From a virus, in the IMG/VR virus record IMGVR_UViG_3300026134_000002: 27,939 nt of DNA; one strand, written 5' to 3'. A program made the position numbers and the translations under genes. This document shows positions 13,806 through 22,745 of the stretch, piece by piece. Each line of letters begins with the position of its first letter. Positions within the stretch are counted from its first letter, which is position 1. The notes under the pieces are model-generated. The model had not been told where the DNA came from, searched no databases, and was given only the letters and a program-made list of their open reading frames with translations.

Positions 13806-13948
13806 GCGGAGAAAATAAAGGGTCACGCGAGGCAATGGATCGAATGGTGCGGCAACTTGTAAGAAGCGGCGCGGATCACAACTACGCAAAGCAGAAAGCG
13901 CGAGAAGCAGCGATCAAGCACGACCAGAACCAAGACAAAAAACGATAG
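13802..13948 (+). CDS. Unlisted small basic ORF, 48 aa (MSGENKGSREAMDRMVRQLVRSGADHNYAKQKAREAAIKHDQNQDKKR)
   Basis: It has an ATGA overlap with the upstream gene, and it exactly fills the gap up to the AGGGAG RBS of the next gene. It is below the ORF-track length cutoff. Confidence 0.45.
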   Translation: MSGENKGSREAMDRMVRQLVRSGADHNYAKQKAREAAIKHDQNQDKKR

Positions 13949-13957
13949 GGAGCCGCT

Positions 13958-14695
13958 GTGCCTGACATACTTTGGAACGCTCGATTTTTTGGTCCAACAA
14001 TGATCGAACGCAACAAGGCGCAAGAGGCCTACGTCACGATCGAACGCTCAGGTTCTGCCGCGTCTATCACCGCTGCGACGTTCACACTGTACGATCCACA
14101 GGGCAACAAGATAAAAGACGCTGTGAGCTGTACGGTTGACGGCGGGTCTATCTCTGGCGCCATTGCTGCAGGTGACACAGACGGCAAAACATTAGAGCGG
14201 AATTGGTTGTTACAGTTCGATGTAACGATCGGCGGCAAGGTGTACACGTTCTACAATGATGCGGTCCTTTGCGCGGCTCGGCTTTACTCGCCAGTGGGAC
14301 AGACAGACCTAATCGCGCGGCATTCCGACGTGGTAAACCTGGTCTCGACATCTAAGGCAAACCTTCAGGACTACATTGACACAGCCTGGACAGACATAAC
14401 GGGCCGCATGTATTCCGACGCTGTGCCGTTCTGGAGATTTCGTACACCGTCCGCGCTTCGTCCTGTGGTCTTTGCTCGCTGTTTTGAGCTTATTTTTCGG
14501 GACTACAGCACACTGTTCGACGCTGGCGACAGATACAGCGAACTGTCGAGCCAGTACGCGGAGACATACGAAAAAGAGTTCAACAGCCTGCGATCGAAGA
14601 TTGACACAGACGAAGACAACACGATCGACGGCGGCAGCGTTCCCGCGTCTGCATCTATTCACCTGAGCAGCGGACCTCGGCGCAGATGGCTTTGA
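13958..14695 (+). CDS. Putative head-tail adaptor/connector protein, 245 aa
   Basis: GTG 13958 is preceded by AGGGAG. The gene is the first of four connector-sized genes between the capsid and tail tube genes. The call is by position only. Confidence 0.4.
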   Translation: MPDILWNARFFGPTMIERNKAQEAYVTIERSGSAASITAATFTLYDPQGNKIKDAVSCTVDGGSISGAIAAGDTDGKTLERNWLLQFDVTIGGKVYTFYNDAVLCAARLYSPVGQTDLIARHSDVVNLVSTSKANLQDYIDTAWTDITGRMYSDAVPFWRFRTPSALRPVVFARCFELIFRDYSTLFDAGDRYSELSSQYAETYEKEFNSLRSKIDTDEDNTIDGGSVPASASIHLSSGPRRRWL

Positions 14696-15111
14696 CCTTT
14701 GACGATGCTCTAACGGCTGTGATCGCACGGCTGAACGCGGCAGGCTTGAACCAAGCTCGCTCACCGCTTGGCGTGCGGAATGAAAGCGCGCCGCGCATCG
14801 ATCGATCGTTTTCTGTGTTGCTTGCTGGTGCCAGCGTAGACCACAGAGGCCGCGACAGGTATGCAGCAACCTACCGCTTCCGTGTTGAACTGTGCCACGC
14901 CTTAAAGCCTACAGACGGCCTCGAAGCAACCGATCAAGCGTGCAAGGATTGGATCGCCGCGCATAAGTACATAGCCGCAAAGGGCACCACGCTAACCACT
15001 GCAGGCGCTGTATCATTCGGTTCGACCAGCTACAGTTATCCGGGCGGCGGTGCTTTTGTGGTGGCTACCTTTGATCTGAGTGTAGCCGCCGATCTACCAC
15101 TGGCGATCTAA
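14686..15111 (+). CDS. Putative head-closure or tail-completion protein, 141 aa
   Basis: It overlaps the upstream gene by 10 nt. The N-terminus MALTFDDALTAVIARLNAAGL resembles the starts of small neck proteins. The call is mainly by position. Confidence 0.4.
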   Translation: MALTFDDALTAVIARLNAAGLNQARSPLGVRNESAPRIDRSFSVLLAGASVDHRGRDRYAATYRFRVELCHALKPTDGLEATDQACKDWIAAHKYIAAKGTTLTTAGAVSFGSTSYSYPGGGAFVVATFDLSVAADLPLAI

Positions 15112-15602
15112 TGGCTGTGGCTGTTGATATACGGCTGCGCTCAATTGAGGAACATATACGCGCCAGGCACGGCAAAGATCGAAAGCCTACGCCAACAGAG
15201 CGATTTGTGATCCGTGCTTTTGTGGAGGATGTTGTTGAATACATCAAACTGCGATGGCCGGTAGACACCGGGACCAGCCGGGACCGCTGGACATATCAAT
15301 TGCTATTTAATGCTGGCGAGCTTGTGATCGTCATAGAGAATCCGATGTACTACGCCGAATATGTCCACAACAGAGGCGGCACACCAGAAGACCCGCTGTG
15401 GTCTCGCTTGGTGCCAGAGGCATGGAACGCGCATAAGGTCCAGATGCTGCAGGCGCTCAGAGCGGAAATAGACAAGACAGAGCGCGTGATTGATGAGCGG
15501 CGCAGACGGCAGCAGGCACCACAAGATCGATCGGTCGGTCTTATGGATCTGGTACGGAATCCGGATCTGGTAGACTTTTTTGAGGGGTTATTCGGTGGCT
15601 GA
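15111..15602 (+). CDS. HK97 gp10-like neck/tail-completion protein, 163 aa
   Basis: It has a TAATG overlap with the upstream gene. The motif WPVDTGTSRDRW resembles the gp10-family P.dTG.Lr.s motif. Confidence 0.4.
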   Translation: MAVAVDIRLRSIEEHIRARHGKDRKPTPTERFVIRAFVEDVVEYIKLRWPVDTGTSRDRWTYQLLFNAGELVIVIENPMYYAEYVHNRGGTPEDPLWSRLVPEAWNAHKVQMLQALRAEIDKTERVIDERRRRQQAPQDRSVGLMDLVRNPDLVDFFEGLFGG

Positions 15603-16071
15603 TTCTGTAGACGTTGAGATTACTATGGGCTTCGATGCGTCAGACCTTGATCGCATACTGACTGACACAGAGGCCAAGCTGATGCGAGACCATCGCCGCA
15701 AGATGATAGATTTCATCGATCGGTCTTGGGTTGGCTGGCAGTATAAGAACGTACCCACAGACCAGCGCGGGCGCTCTGGTGCAGCATGGCGCGGCTATGA
15801 ACAGACCACAGAGGGCATCCGAGAGATCATCATTGAAAACAAGGCGCGCAGCTACCGAGGGAACAAACCATACGCGGGCTACGTCAAACGCGCCGGCGCT
15901 CACCGCGTCGAGTGGGAAATCGTGCGCCAAAAGCTGTTACAATCACACTTGCCAGCATTGATAGAAGACCTTGAGTCATCGATCGATCGGAGTTTAGAAA
16001 CGCCAGGCCCGGCGAAAAAGGTCCGCAGAAACAAAACCAGCACCACCACCCGCCTATCATTAGAGGACTAA
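15595..16071 (+). CDS. Putative tail terminator/neck protein, about 158 aa
   Basis: GTG 15595 lies 7 nt after GAGGGG. TTG 15580 and ATG 15625 are alternative starts. It is the last gene before the tail tube gene. Confidence 0.35.
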   Translation: MADSVDVEITMGFDASDLDRILTDTEAKLMRDHRRKMIDFIDRSWVGWQYKNVPTDQRGRSGAAWRGYEQTTEGIREIIIENKARSYRGNKPYAGYVKRAGAHRVEWEIVRQKLLQSHLPALIEDLESSIDRSLETPGPAKKVRRNKTSTTTRLSLED

Positions 16072-16075
16072 AGCC

Positions 16076-16573
16076 ATGGCTACCAGCAGCGTAATTAAGA
16101 CCAGTATCGACGGCAGCATAAAGCTGATCGACGGTACCGGCTCACCAAACACTTTTACAGTAGATTTCGAGGATGGAGACTTTTCATTCTCGGATGACAA
16201 GACAGAGCGGATCGTAATGCGCGATCGGGGCGCTATTGTCGGTCTTCGCAAGGGAGATGACGCTGTGGCTTCGTTCAGCTTCTCGACCTACATGCGCGAT
16301 TTTACCGACGCATCTGGCTTGACGATCTGCGATGTCATTGACAAAACCGGAGCCGCTTCTGGCTGGGCTTCTACGGGTGGCACTGGCTTCGAGCAGTACC
16401 TACTGAACGTAGAGATCGAGTGCGAGGGCACAGGGCACGGGGACAGCGGAGATCATCAACTCACGCTTACCAAGTGTTTTCTTTCATGGTCGTTTAGCGA
16501 GTCCAAAGACGGAAACAAGATCGACGTTACTGGTGAGGTATACGGCACCCGCACACGCACAGAAGCATCCTAG
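16076..16573 (+). CDS. Major tail (tube) protein, 165 aa
   Basis: An AGGA RBS precedes the start. The protein is beta-rich (IDGSIKLIDGTGSPNTFTVDFEDGDFSFSDDKTERIVMRDRGAIVG), which is typical of siphovirus tube proteins. The gene lies directly upstream of the chaperone pair and the tape measure gene. Confidence 0.65.
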   Translation: MATSSVIKTSIDGSIKLIDGTGSPNTFTVDFEDGDFSFSDDKTERIVMRDRGAIVGLRKGDDAVASFSFSTYMRDFTDASGLTICDVIDKTGAASGWASTGGTGFEQYLLNVEIECEGTGHGDSGDHQLTLTKCFLSWSFSESKDGNKIDVTGEVYGTRTRTEAS

Positions 16574-16593
16574 GTTGACCATAGGGGGAAGAT

Positions 16594-16980
16594 ATGGAAG
16601 CAATCACGCTGGGAAAATTGGGAGCGGTTGAGGTTATCAAGCCTCGATCGTTTTCTGTTGTGTCTGATCTCTGTGCTGAGTGGAACGAGACAGCAACACG
16701 GGCAAAGCTCGCGCGCCTATGCGCCGCTGCGATCGGTGTGTGCTGGGACCGTGACAACAACGACAAGAGCCCGCCTGTATACGATACCACCGCTGCCGAT
16801 CCTATCGGTTACGGCGGTGTGGTCCTCGATTGGTTGCACGCACAGCGCGCGCCGATGTCAGAGGTGTATCAATCAGGCGGCGCAATTATGTCTGAGTTGT
16901 TTGGCATGATTCCGACAGAGGATGAGGTTCTACAGGCGGAGAATTTTACCGAACCGGGATCGGTCGCACAGACCGCATGA
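16594..16980 (+). CDS. Tail assembly chaperone (gpG-like), 128 aa
   Basis: An AGGGGG RBS precedes the start. The call rests on size and on the canonical position between the tube and tape measure genes. Confidence 0.55.
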   Translation: MEAITLGKLGAVEVIKPRSFSVVSDLCAEWNETATRAKLARLCAAAIGVCWDRDNNDKSPPVYDTTAADPIGYGGVVLDWLHAQRAPMSEVYQSGGAIMSELFGMIPTEDEVLQAENFTEPGSVAQTA

Positions 16981-17189
16981 TCTTAGAGATCGAGCGCGTC
17001 TGGCACCGAGACCCGGGCTGGTTCTACACTCTACACCGCACACAACAGATCGCCCTGATTGCTGACTATCGGATCTCTATGGAAGGCCCAAAGAGAGCCC
17101 AAGAGCGCGAGCACAAAGCAAAGCGCGCGCGATTAGATAGAATGAAGCAGAGAGCAACGCGAACTGGAGCGGTAAACGATGGCAGGTGA
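16977..17189 (+). CDS. Second chaperone ORF (gpT-like position), 70 aa, in the -1 frame relative to the upstream chaperone
   Basis: It has an ATGA overlap with the upstream gene. The -1 frame is open from 16926. The protein is basic (KRAQEREHKAKRARLDRMKQR). It overlaps the tape measure start by 11 nt. Confidence 0.45.
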   Translation: MILEIERVWHRDPGWFYTLHRTQQIALIADYRISMEGPKRAQEREHKAKRARLDRMKQRATRTGAVNDGR

Positions 17190-19110
17190 TGTAAGCATAA
17201 AGATCACAGGCGATAGCTCAGACCTACGCGCAGAGCTTCGCAAGGTAGAGAAAAATCTCGACGCTGTGACCGATGGCGTCCAAGGTATGGCGAACCAGGC
17301 CCGAAAGGGTATGGACGGCGTATCAAAGAGCGCAGGCAACGCGACAAAGGGCCTCAAGCCTTTACAGGACAAAATAAAAACAGGCGGCGCGGCTGCACAG
17401 GGAGCGGCTAACAACAACAAGAATTTCTCGCGCAGTATTGACGGCGTAAAGGATAGCGCAGGCGAGACAGCTTCCATCATGGGCGGATTGGCAACGTCTC
17501 TCACTGTCATCTCTCCGCAGGCAGGCGCGGCGGCTCGCATGCTTGGCGATCTGGCTACTGGTGTTGAGGCTGCATCGCGCGGCGGGTCTCGTTTGTTTGC
17601 TGTTCTTGGGCCAGTTGCGGCGGCAGTTGCGGCGCTTGGTGCGGCATACGTAGCAATGAAGGGCGATCTTGATGACGCAAACGAAGCGCTTAAGGTGCAG
17701 CGGGAACGGCTCGAAGATGTAGAGAGCATGTCCCGCAAGGTGAAAGAGGCCGTGCTAATACAGGCCCATGCAGAACTGCAGGCAGCGAAAGCGCGCAACG
17801 AAGCAACACAGAAACAGGTAGACGCGGCGGCGGCTGCGCTCGATGAGATGGCGATAGCGCAACAGTCGCTCGATTTATTCGGGGCGCGGCGTGAGGCGCT
17901 CACAGAAGAGAGAGACGCGATCAAGCTTAAGATCGACGCTCTGAAAGAGGCAGAGAGCGAAGAGAACAAAGCGGCGGACACATCGCGGGCCTTGTCGTCT
18001 GCACTAGCGGGCGGCGTCACAGGCGGCGCGGCATTTGCCATGACACAGCGCACAATAGCAGCAGAGACCAGCGGCAACAGCGCAGAGCTTGAGAAGCTTG
18101 AGCATGAACTGAAACTAGCAAACACCCGCGTTGATACGCTGAATGAAACGTCAGAGCGATATGAGGCGGCTCTGAAAGGCACCAAAGAAGCAAACAAAGA
18201 AGCCGAAAAATCTACAAAAGACAACAGCGAAGCACAGCAAAAGCAAGCCGCAACAGCGGCCGAGGCAGCAACAGCACTGGCAACACTGCAGCAGACCAGT
18301 AAAGCCGCTTTTGTGTCGCAACTGTCTGACCGTCAGAAGCTGATCGTGTCATACGGTGAAGAGATAACGGCGATCGATGCGCTGGCAGAAAAACACGAAT
18401 CCAACGAAGAGATCCAAGCTGCAGCAAGAGCCGCAAGAACAAACACGCGGATCGAGACAATGGCTCAGCTAGACGCGCTTGATGCTCAGTACACAGAAGC
18501 GCAGAAGCAAAGGCAGCAAGAACTACACGCTCAGAGCATGCAGATAGCGCAGGACAGCATAGGCGGCACAGCGGATCTTCTGTCGAACATCGGCGGTCTG
18601 TATGGGCAACTCGCACAAGACCGCGCAAAGACAGACAGAGCGAGCGCTCTTCGTGCCTTTAAGACACAAAAGGCGCTTTCAATGGCCGCTGTCTCTTTGC
18701 AGTTTGCTGAAGGCATCATGGCAGCGCAGAAGCTAGTAGTGCCGCTGAACGGGATCCAGATGGCAGTAGCAACGGCCGGATATGCGCTTGCAATGGCACA
18801 GATCGCAGCTTCTAAGCCATCGTTCCACACTGGATCCGGCTTCGTTCGCGCTCCATCTGGCGTCAATGAACTTAACGCACGATTGCGAGATGGTGAGGCG
18901 GTCTCTACCCCTCTTGGGGCTGAGCTTATAGGCAGAGACACCATCGAGCGCGCCAACGCCGGGATCGCGCCTGGTAACGGTTCAGGGCCTGTTGCGTTTC
19001 AATATGAGCACCGCGTTTTCTCTCGCTTCATTCGTGACAACGTGCGATCATCGGGGCCGCTGGGTAGAGAGACGGATAGAAAAATACACGTTGGCCACAG
19101 GAGATCGTAA
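17179..19110 (+). CDS. Tail tape measure protein, 643 aa
   Basis: It is a long Ala/Glu/Lys-rich coiled-coil protein with hydrophobic segments (AVLGPVAAAVAALGAAYVAM and the C-terminal MAVATAGYALAMAQIAA). It sits in the canonical position after the chaperone genes. Confidence 0.85.
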   Translation: MAGDVSIKITGDSSDLRAELRKVEKNLDAVTDGVQGMANQARKGMDGVSKSAGNATKGLKPLQDKIKTGGAAAQGAANNNKNFSRSIDGVKDSAGETASIMGGLATSLTVISPQAGAAARMLGDLATGVEAASRGGSRLFAVLGPVAAAVAALGAAYVAMKGDLDDANEALKVQRERLEDVESMSRKVKEAVLIQAHAELQAAKARNEATQKQVDAAAAALDEMAIAQQSLDLFGARREALTEERDAIKLKIDALKEAESEENKAADTSRALSSALAGGVTGGAAFAMTQRTIAAETSGNSAELEKLEHELKLANTRVDTLNETSERYEAALKGTKEANKEAEKSTKDNSEAQQKQAATAAEAATALATLQQTSKAAFVSQLSDRQKLIVSYGEEITAIDALAEKHESNEEIQAAARAARTNTRIETMAQLDALDAQYTEAQKQRQQELHAQSMQIAQDSIGGTADLLSNIGGLYGQLAQDRAKTDRASALRAFKTQKALSMAAVSLQFAEGIMAAQKLVVPLNGIQMAVATAGYALAMAQIAASKPSFHTGSGFVRAPSGVNELNARLRDGEAVSTPLGAELIGRDTIERANAGIAPGNGSGPVAFQYEHRVFSRFIRDNVRSSGPLGRETDRKIHVGHRRS

Positions 19111-19112
19111 CG

Positions 19113-22100
19113 ATGGGCGCAGACAAAACACCGGACCACCTGCGCGGGTTGCTGATACCCGATCCGCGCTTCACCTATGCGGGCGCGTTCTCAAAGACCG
19201 GATCGACGATTTCACAAAACACGCCGCGCCCCGGTGTGCCTGTAGCTCTAGACAACTCCGATCTGATTGTAGAAACCAGCGGCACACAGAACACAGGCAC
19301 AGACTACACCGTATACACACAAAACAGCGGATACCCTGAGGACCTTGGCGGCACGTTTTTGCACTACAGAACGACCAGCAACGACGAAAACAAGTATTTA
19401 GGATGGGAGCCGCCGCACACTATTTCAGGCCTCGAAACTGTACACGATACGGACAGCAGGAACTTTCGCAATTTTGATATTGTCACGGCACAAGATGACA
19501 CGCTAATCATTGCCGGCGTTGCTGACGGTGATCCCATCGTGAAAGTCTGGCACAAGACAACGACCACGGGAAGCTGGACAGAGGTTACAATCGCAACCGA
19601 TTTTGAGCCAGGTATGTTTGTTGCTCATGGGGGCCGGGCGTCAGATAATTCGGAGTCATCAGCATTGGAGGTCGGCTCGAATCCATCTCCGGCGCTTGTG
19701 GTTTTGCCGTCAGGTCGTGTGCTGTTGTTCGCATGGATTCAAATCGCAAAAGAAGTGACCATTGCACCAAAGTTCAAACTGTCGTGGCAGATCGCCGCGT
19801 GGTTCTCAGATGACAGCGGCGCAAGCTGGGCAAAATACCAGGACTACTGCCTAGTAGAACCGTTGTCTCAATTGGTAGACACTTACAATGGGACAGACGG
19901 CCGATATTATCCGGGCCGCCTGCGCGCAGAGTACAAGGACGGCCAGATCCTAATGATATCGAGCGCGTACGATAACGGCTCCAGTACAGCTCAGGGAAAA
20001 CCCGGCTTTCCTGACAATATCTATCTTCAATATGCCTCATCATCTCTTGGCGCTTCGTTTGAATTAGTCGAAAGCGGCATAAGAGGGGAAGGAAGCACAG
20101 CGCACGACATAGCCGTGTCCGGTGGTATGTTTGTCGTCAGCTACGTGAAAAACACTGTTGGCCAACTGGCGCACGTGACGCGGCTTGGCTCAGCTTATAC
20201 ACCCCTGGCGCGCGGTTTTATCGATCAAATTTCTCTAAGCTATGCCAAAGGGTTCGCAGAAGACCTAGTGGCCACCTCAGAGATCGCAATGGGTCGCTCT
20301 GACTTGACGATCTGCGCTGTGCCTGACGGTTCTATGTATCTGTGCGGCACGCGACACGGATCCGACGCTGCAGGCCATACGCGGCAAACTGTGGCCATCC
20401 TACACAGTGGCGACCATGGCAAGACCTGGGATCTTGTTGGCGGCGATTATGGAAGCAAAGCAAGGCTTAGAGATGGCCTGCTGTGGTCTTCTCGATTTTT
20501 TGACGAAGGAACGAGCGTTAACAGACAGCGAGACACGTTTTTTGATCTTGCTATGACATGGCAACGCGGGCGGGCTGTGTTGGCCTGTCGTTTTGAATAC
20601 ACGAATCCAAGCTCGACAACTATACACGACGACGGGATCAAGACCAGGGAAGTCTATGCGCTGTATTTGGGCGGTTACTCAAACCTGACGATCGGAAGCA
20701 TAGACGCCGCGATCGACATGAAAGATCGATCCACCTTTGGCCGTCATTATTTGCCGATCGTAGAACCCGATCAAATGTACAGCGCATGGGATGTCCTAGA
20801 CTCAGGCAGCCATCATTCTGCATCATTAGGCGGCACCACAAACCCCTATCTAGAGATTGTAACGGGTAACGGCTCAGGCTCTGCCGGTCATAGATACTAC
20901 CAAGTCGCCACGGATGAGATCAACGACGTTGCAGCGCGAACGACAACGACCACAGCATCTGGAATGCGCACGTTTTTAGAATTTGCATGCAAGCCAATCT
21001 CAGGCGGCAGCGCAACAGCAAACGAAATCGCGGTTACCATTAGAAACGGAAACCCCAGCGTGGGTACTGAGTTCTCTATTCGTCTGCATACCTCAGGCGG
21101 AAGCACATACCTGAGCGTATACAATGAGGTACCAGGCACACCGGTCCAACTACACACAGGGGCGCTAGACTTAGTTAGCGGAGAAATACCAGAGATCCGG
21201 GCTGCAGTGGTAGAAAAAAAAGTAGCGGTCTACTATCGAGCGTACAATTCAGATGCAGAATTTAGAACCTGGACAAAAGCATACGAGCACGCCAGCAATT
21301 CTGATGACCTTACAGAAGCGGCTGTTGTGGGTAAATACTGCCAGATAGAATGGGGCCACTTGTATAGCGGCGGCGCGTCTACACAAAACAAATCGCGATG
21401 GTACAAACTACAAGTGGGCTCGCATGATGGCGAAGTAGCCCATTCAGCCGTGCCGCGTTTGAATGACTGGCTGAACTATGACAGCCCAGAAAACGTGGGC
21501 GGGCGCTTCTTTTCTACGGCGCCGATCTACATGCGCGCCGGGCTTAAAATCGCCAGCAAAGACGGGCCAGCGGTCAAGGGTGACGAATGGCAGATCACAC
21601 CGCGTCACGATTACCCCATTGAAGCAATACACACAGAGATCGCCCCGTCACCGTCTAAGGTCTGGGCTTCGAATGGAACCAGTCAAGCATGCGAATTTGT
21701 GTGGGATATTGATGCAAATCAAACCACTTTCCCATTAGGCCCTACACGGGCGCTGTATCTTGGAAACATCAATTTCAGATCCTGCATTTTGCATGGATAC
21801 AATGGCTCAACTTGGAGCCAAATAGCTGTGATCGATGCGGCTAAGCAGGTCAGATTCCACAGACGCGGCAACGCTGTGACGGCAGAAGATAGCTCAGTCT
21901 CTAGCGATCAAACTGGCGATATCTTTTGGACCTTTGACAGCTTGACCGGCTGCACGTTCAATTTCAAGGATACAGACGCTGCATCAGTGTATGAAATAAC
22001 TGGTAACAGCGAGGGAGTGTTCGAGCCTCAGACCAATAAATCCCCAGTAATTCTAGTAGATGGGAACGCTAGCACAGAGGATACAGCCGGAGACGGTCAA

Positions 22101-22742
22101 ATCTGGCTCAAAGACCTGTGCATCATCATTCCCGACAAACTAGAGGACGCATACGAAAAAATTAAATTAGAGATTCCAACAGCGGTCAGCGGTACAGCGT
22201 TGGCAAACAAAACGGCTTCTGGCAATTGGGAGATCGGCACGATTATTTGGGGCCATGTCGCTGTCTTTGGTCGTCAGTATTCCAATGGGCATATTCGACA
22301 GATCCAAGCAAATTCGGAGATGTTCACCGGTACAGGCGGGCAACGCCGCGCCATCAAAAAAGGTCCGGCCCGGCGCGCTGTAGAATTCTCATGGGTGGAT
22401 CCGGTTGACATTTCACCGCTCGCAGACGCGAACCCATCACCAAACTATGTCAAGGGGCCGGGAACGATAAACAGAATTGTGGCCACTACTGCAGACACAC
22501 CGTTTTTGATGCAGGGGCTCATATCGCGCCTCGGCGGGCCGGTTACGCCTGTTGTTTATTTGCCTTCGATAGCTAGCAGTCCAGTTAATCCATTTCAAAT
22601 CATGGACCCGAACCGCATGCTGTACGGCAGGATAACGACGCCCGCCTATCGAATAGAGAACCAACTAGGGGAAGAGTGGGTAGGAAATGGAGCCGGCGAA
22701 ACGGTAACAGCCACAGCGATCCGCATAGAAGAGGAGCTGTAG
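19113..22742 (+). CDS. Large multidomain tail tip/baseplate protein, 1209 aa, with BNR/Asp-box motifs
   Basis: An AGGAG RBS precedes the start, which is 2 nt after the tape measure stop. Asp-box motifs are SDDSGASW (nt 19806-19829) and SGDHGKTW (nt 20406-20429). The C-terminal roughly 400 aa resemble no family I can name. Confidence 0.7.
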   Translation: MGADKTPDHLRGLLIPDPRFTYAGAFSKTGSTISQNTPRPGVPVALDNSDLIVETSGTQNTGTDYTVYTQNSGYPEDLGGTFLHYRTTSNDENKYLGWEPPHTISGLETVHDTDSRNFRNFDIVTAQDDTLIIAGVADGDPIVKVWHKTTTTGSWTEVTIATDFEPGMFVAHGGRASDNSESSALEVGSNPSPALVVLPSGRVLLFAWIQIAKEVTIAPKFKLSWQIAAWFSDDSGASWAKYQDYCLVEPLSQLVDTYNGTDGRYYPGRLRAEYKDGQILMISSAYDNGSSTAQGKPGFPDNIYLQYASSSLGASFELVESGIRGEGSTAHDIAVSGGMFVVSYVKNTVGQLAHVTRLGSAYTPLARGFIDQISLSYAKGFAEDLVATSEIAMGRSDLTICAVPDGSMYLCGTRHGSDAAGHTRQTVAILHSGDHGKTWDLVGGDYGSKARLRDGLLWSSRFFDEGTSVNRQRDTFFDLAMTWQRGRAVLACRFEYTNPSSTTIHDDGIKTREVYALYLGGYSNLTIGSIDAAIDMKDRSTFGRHYLPIVEPDQMYSAWDVLDSGSHHSASLGGTTNPYLEIVTGNGSGSAGHRYYQVATDEINDVAARTTTTTASGMRTFLEFACKPISGGSATANEIAVTIRNGNPSVGTEFSIRLHTSGGSTYLSVYNEVPGTPVQLHTGALDLVSGEIPEIRAAVVEKKVAVYYRAYNSDAEFRTWTKAYEHASNSDDLTEAAVVGKYCQIEWGHLYSGGASTQNKSRWYKLQVGSHDGEVAHSAVPRLNDWLNYDSPENVGGRFFSTAPIYMRAGLKIASKDGPAVKGDEWQITPRHDYPIEAIHTEIAPSPSKVWASNGTSQACEFVWDIDANQTTFPLGPTRALYLGNINFRSCILHGYNGSTWSQIAVIDAAKQVRFHRRGNAVTAEDSSVSSDQTGDIFWTFDSLTGCTFNFKDTDAASVYEITGNSEGVFEPQTNKSPVILVDGNASTEDTAGDGQIWLKDLCIIIPDKLEDAYEKIKLEIPTAVSGTALANKTASGNWEIGTIIWGHVAVFGRQYSNGHIRQIQANSEMFTGTGGQRRAIKKGPARRAVEFSWVDPVDISPLADANPSPNYVKGPGTINRIVATTADTPFLMQGLISRLGGPVTPVVYLPSIASSPVNPFQIMDPNRMLYGRITTPAYRIENQLGEEWVGNGAGETVTATAIRIEEEL

Positions 22743-22745
22743 ACC

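Noticed and set aside
14309-14869. 186-aa minus-strand ORF
   Set aside because: It is antisense across the junction of two coupled connector genes and has an Arg/Cys-rich composition typical of non-coding frames.
15545-15572. 10-bp direct repeat GGATCTGGTA (twice) followed by a T6 run near the end of the gp10-like gene, considered as a possible terminator
   Set aside because: The copies are direct and not inverted, so they form no stem. They encode DLV...DLV within the ORF, and the T-run lies inside coding sequence that overlaps the next gene's RBS.
17133-18224. 363-aa ORF on the minus strand
   Set aside because: It lies entirely antisense to the tape measure gene. It is Ala/Ser/Arg low-complexity, as expected for the reverse complement of an Ala/Glu-rich GC-biased gene, and has no RBS or coupling. 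It is a shadow ORF.
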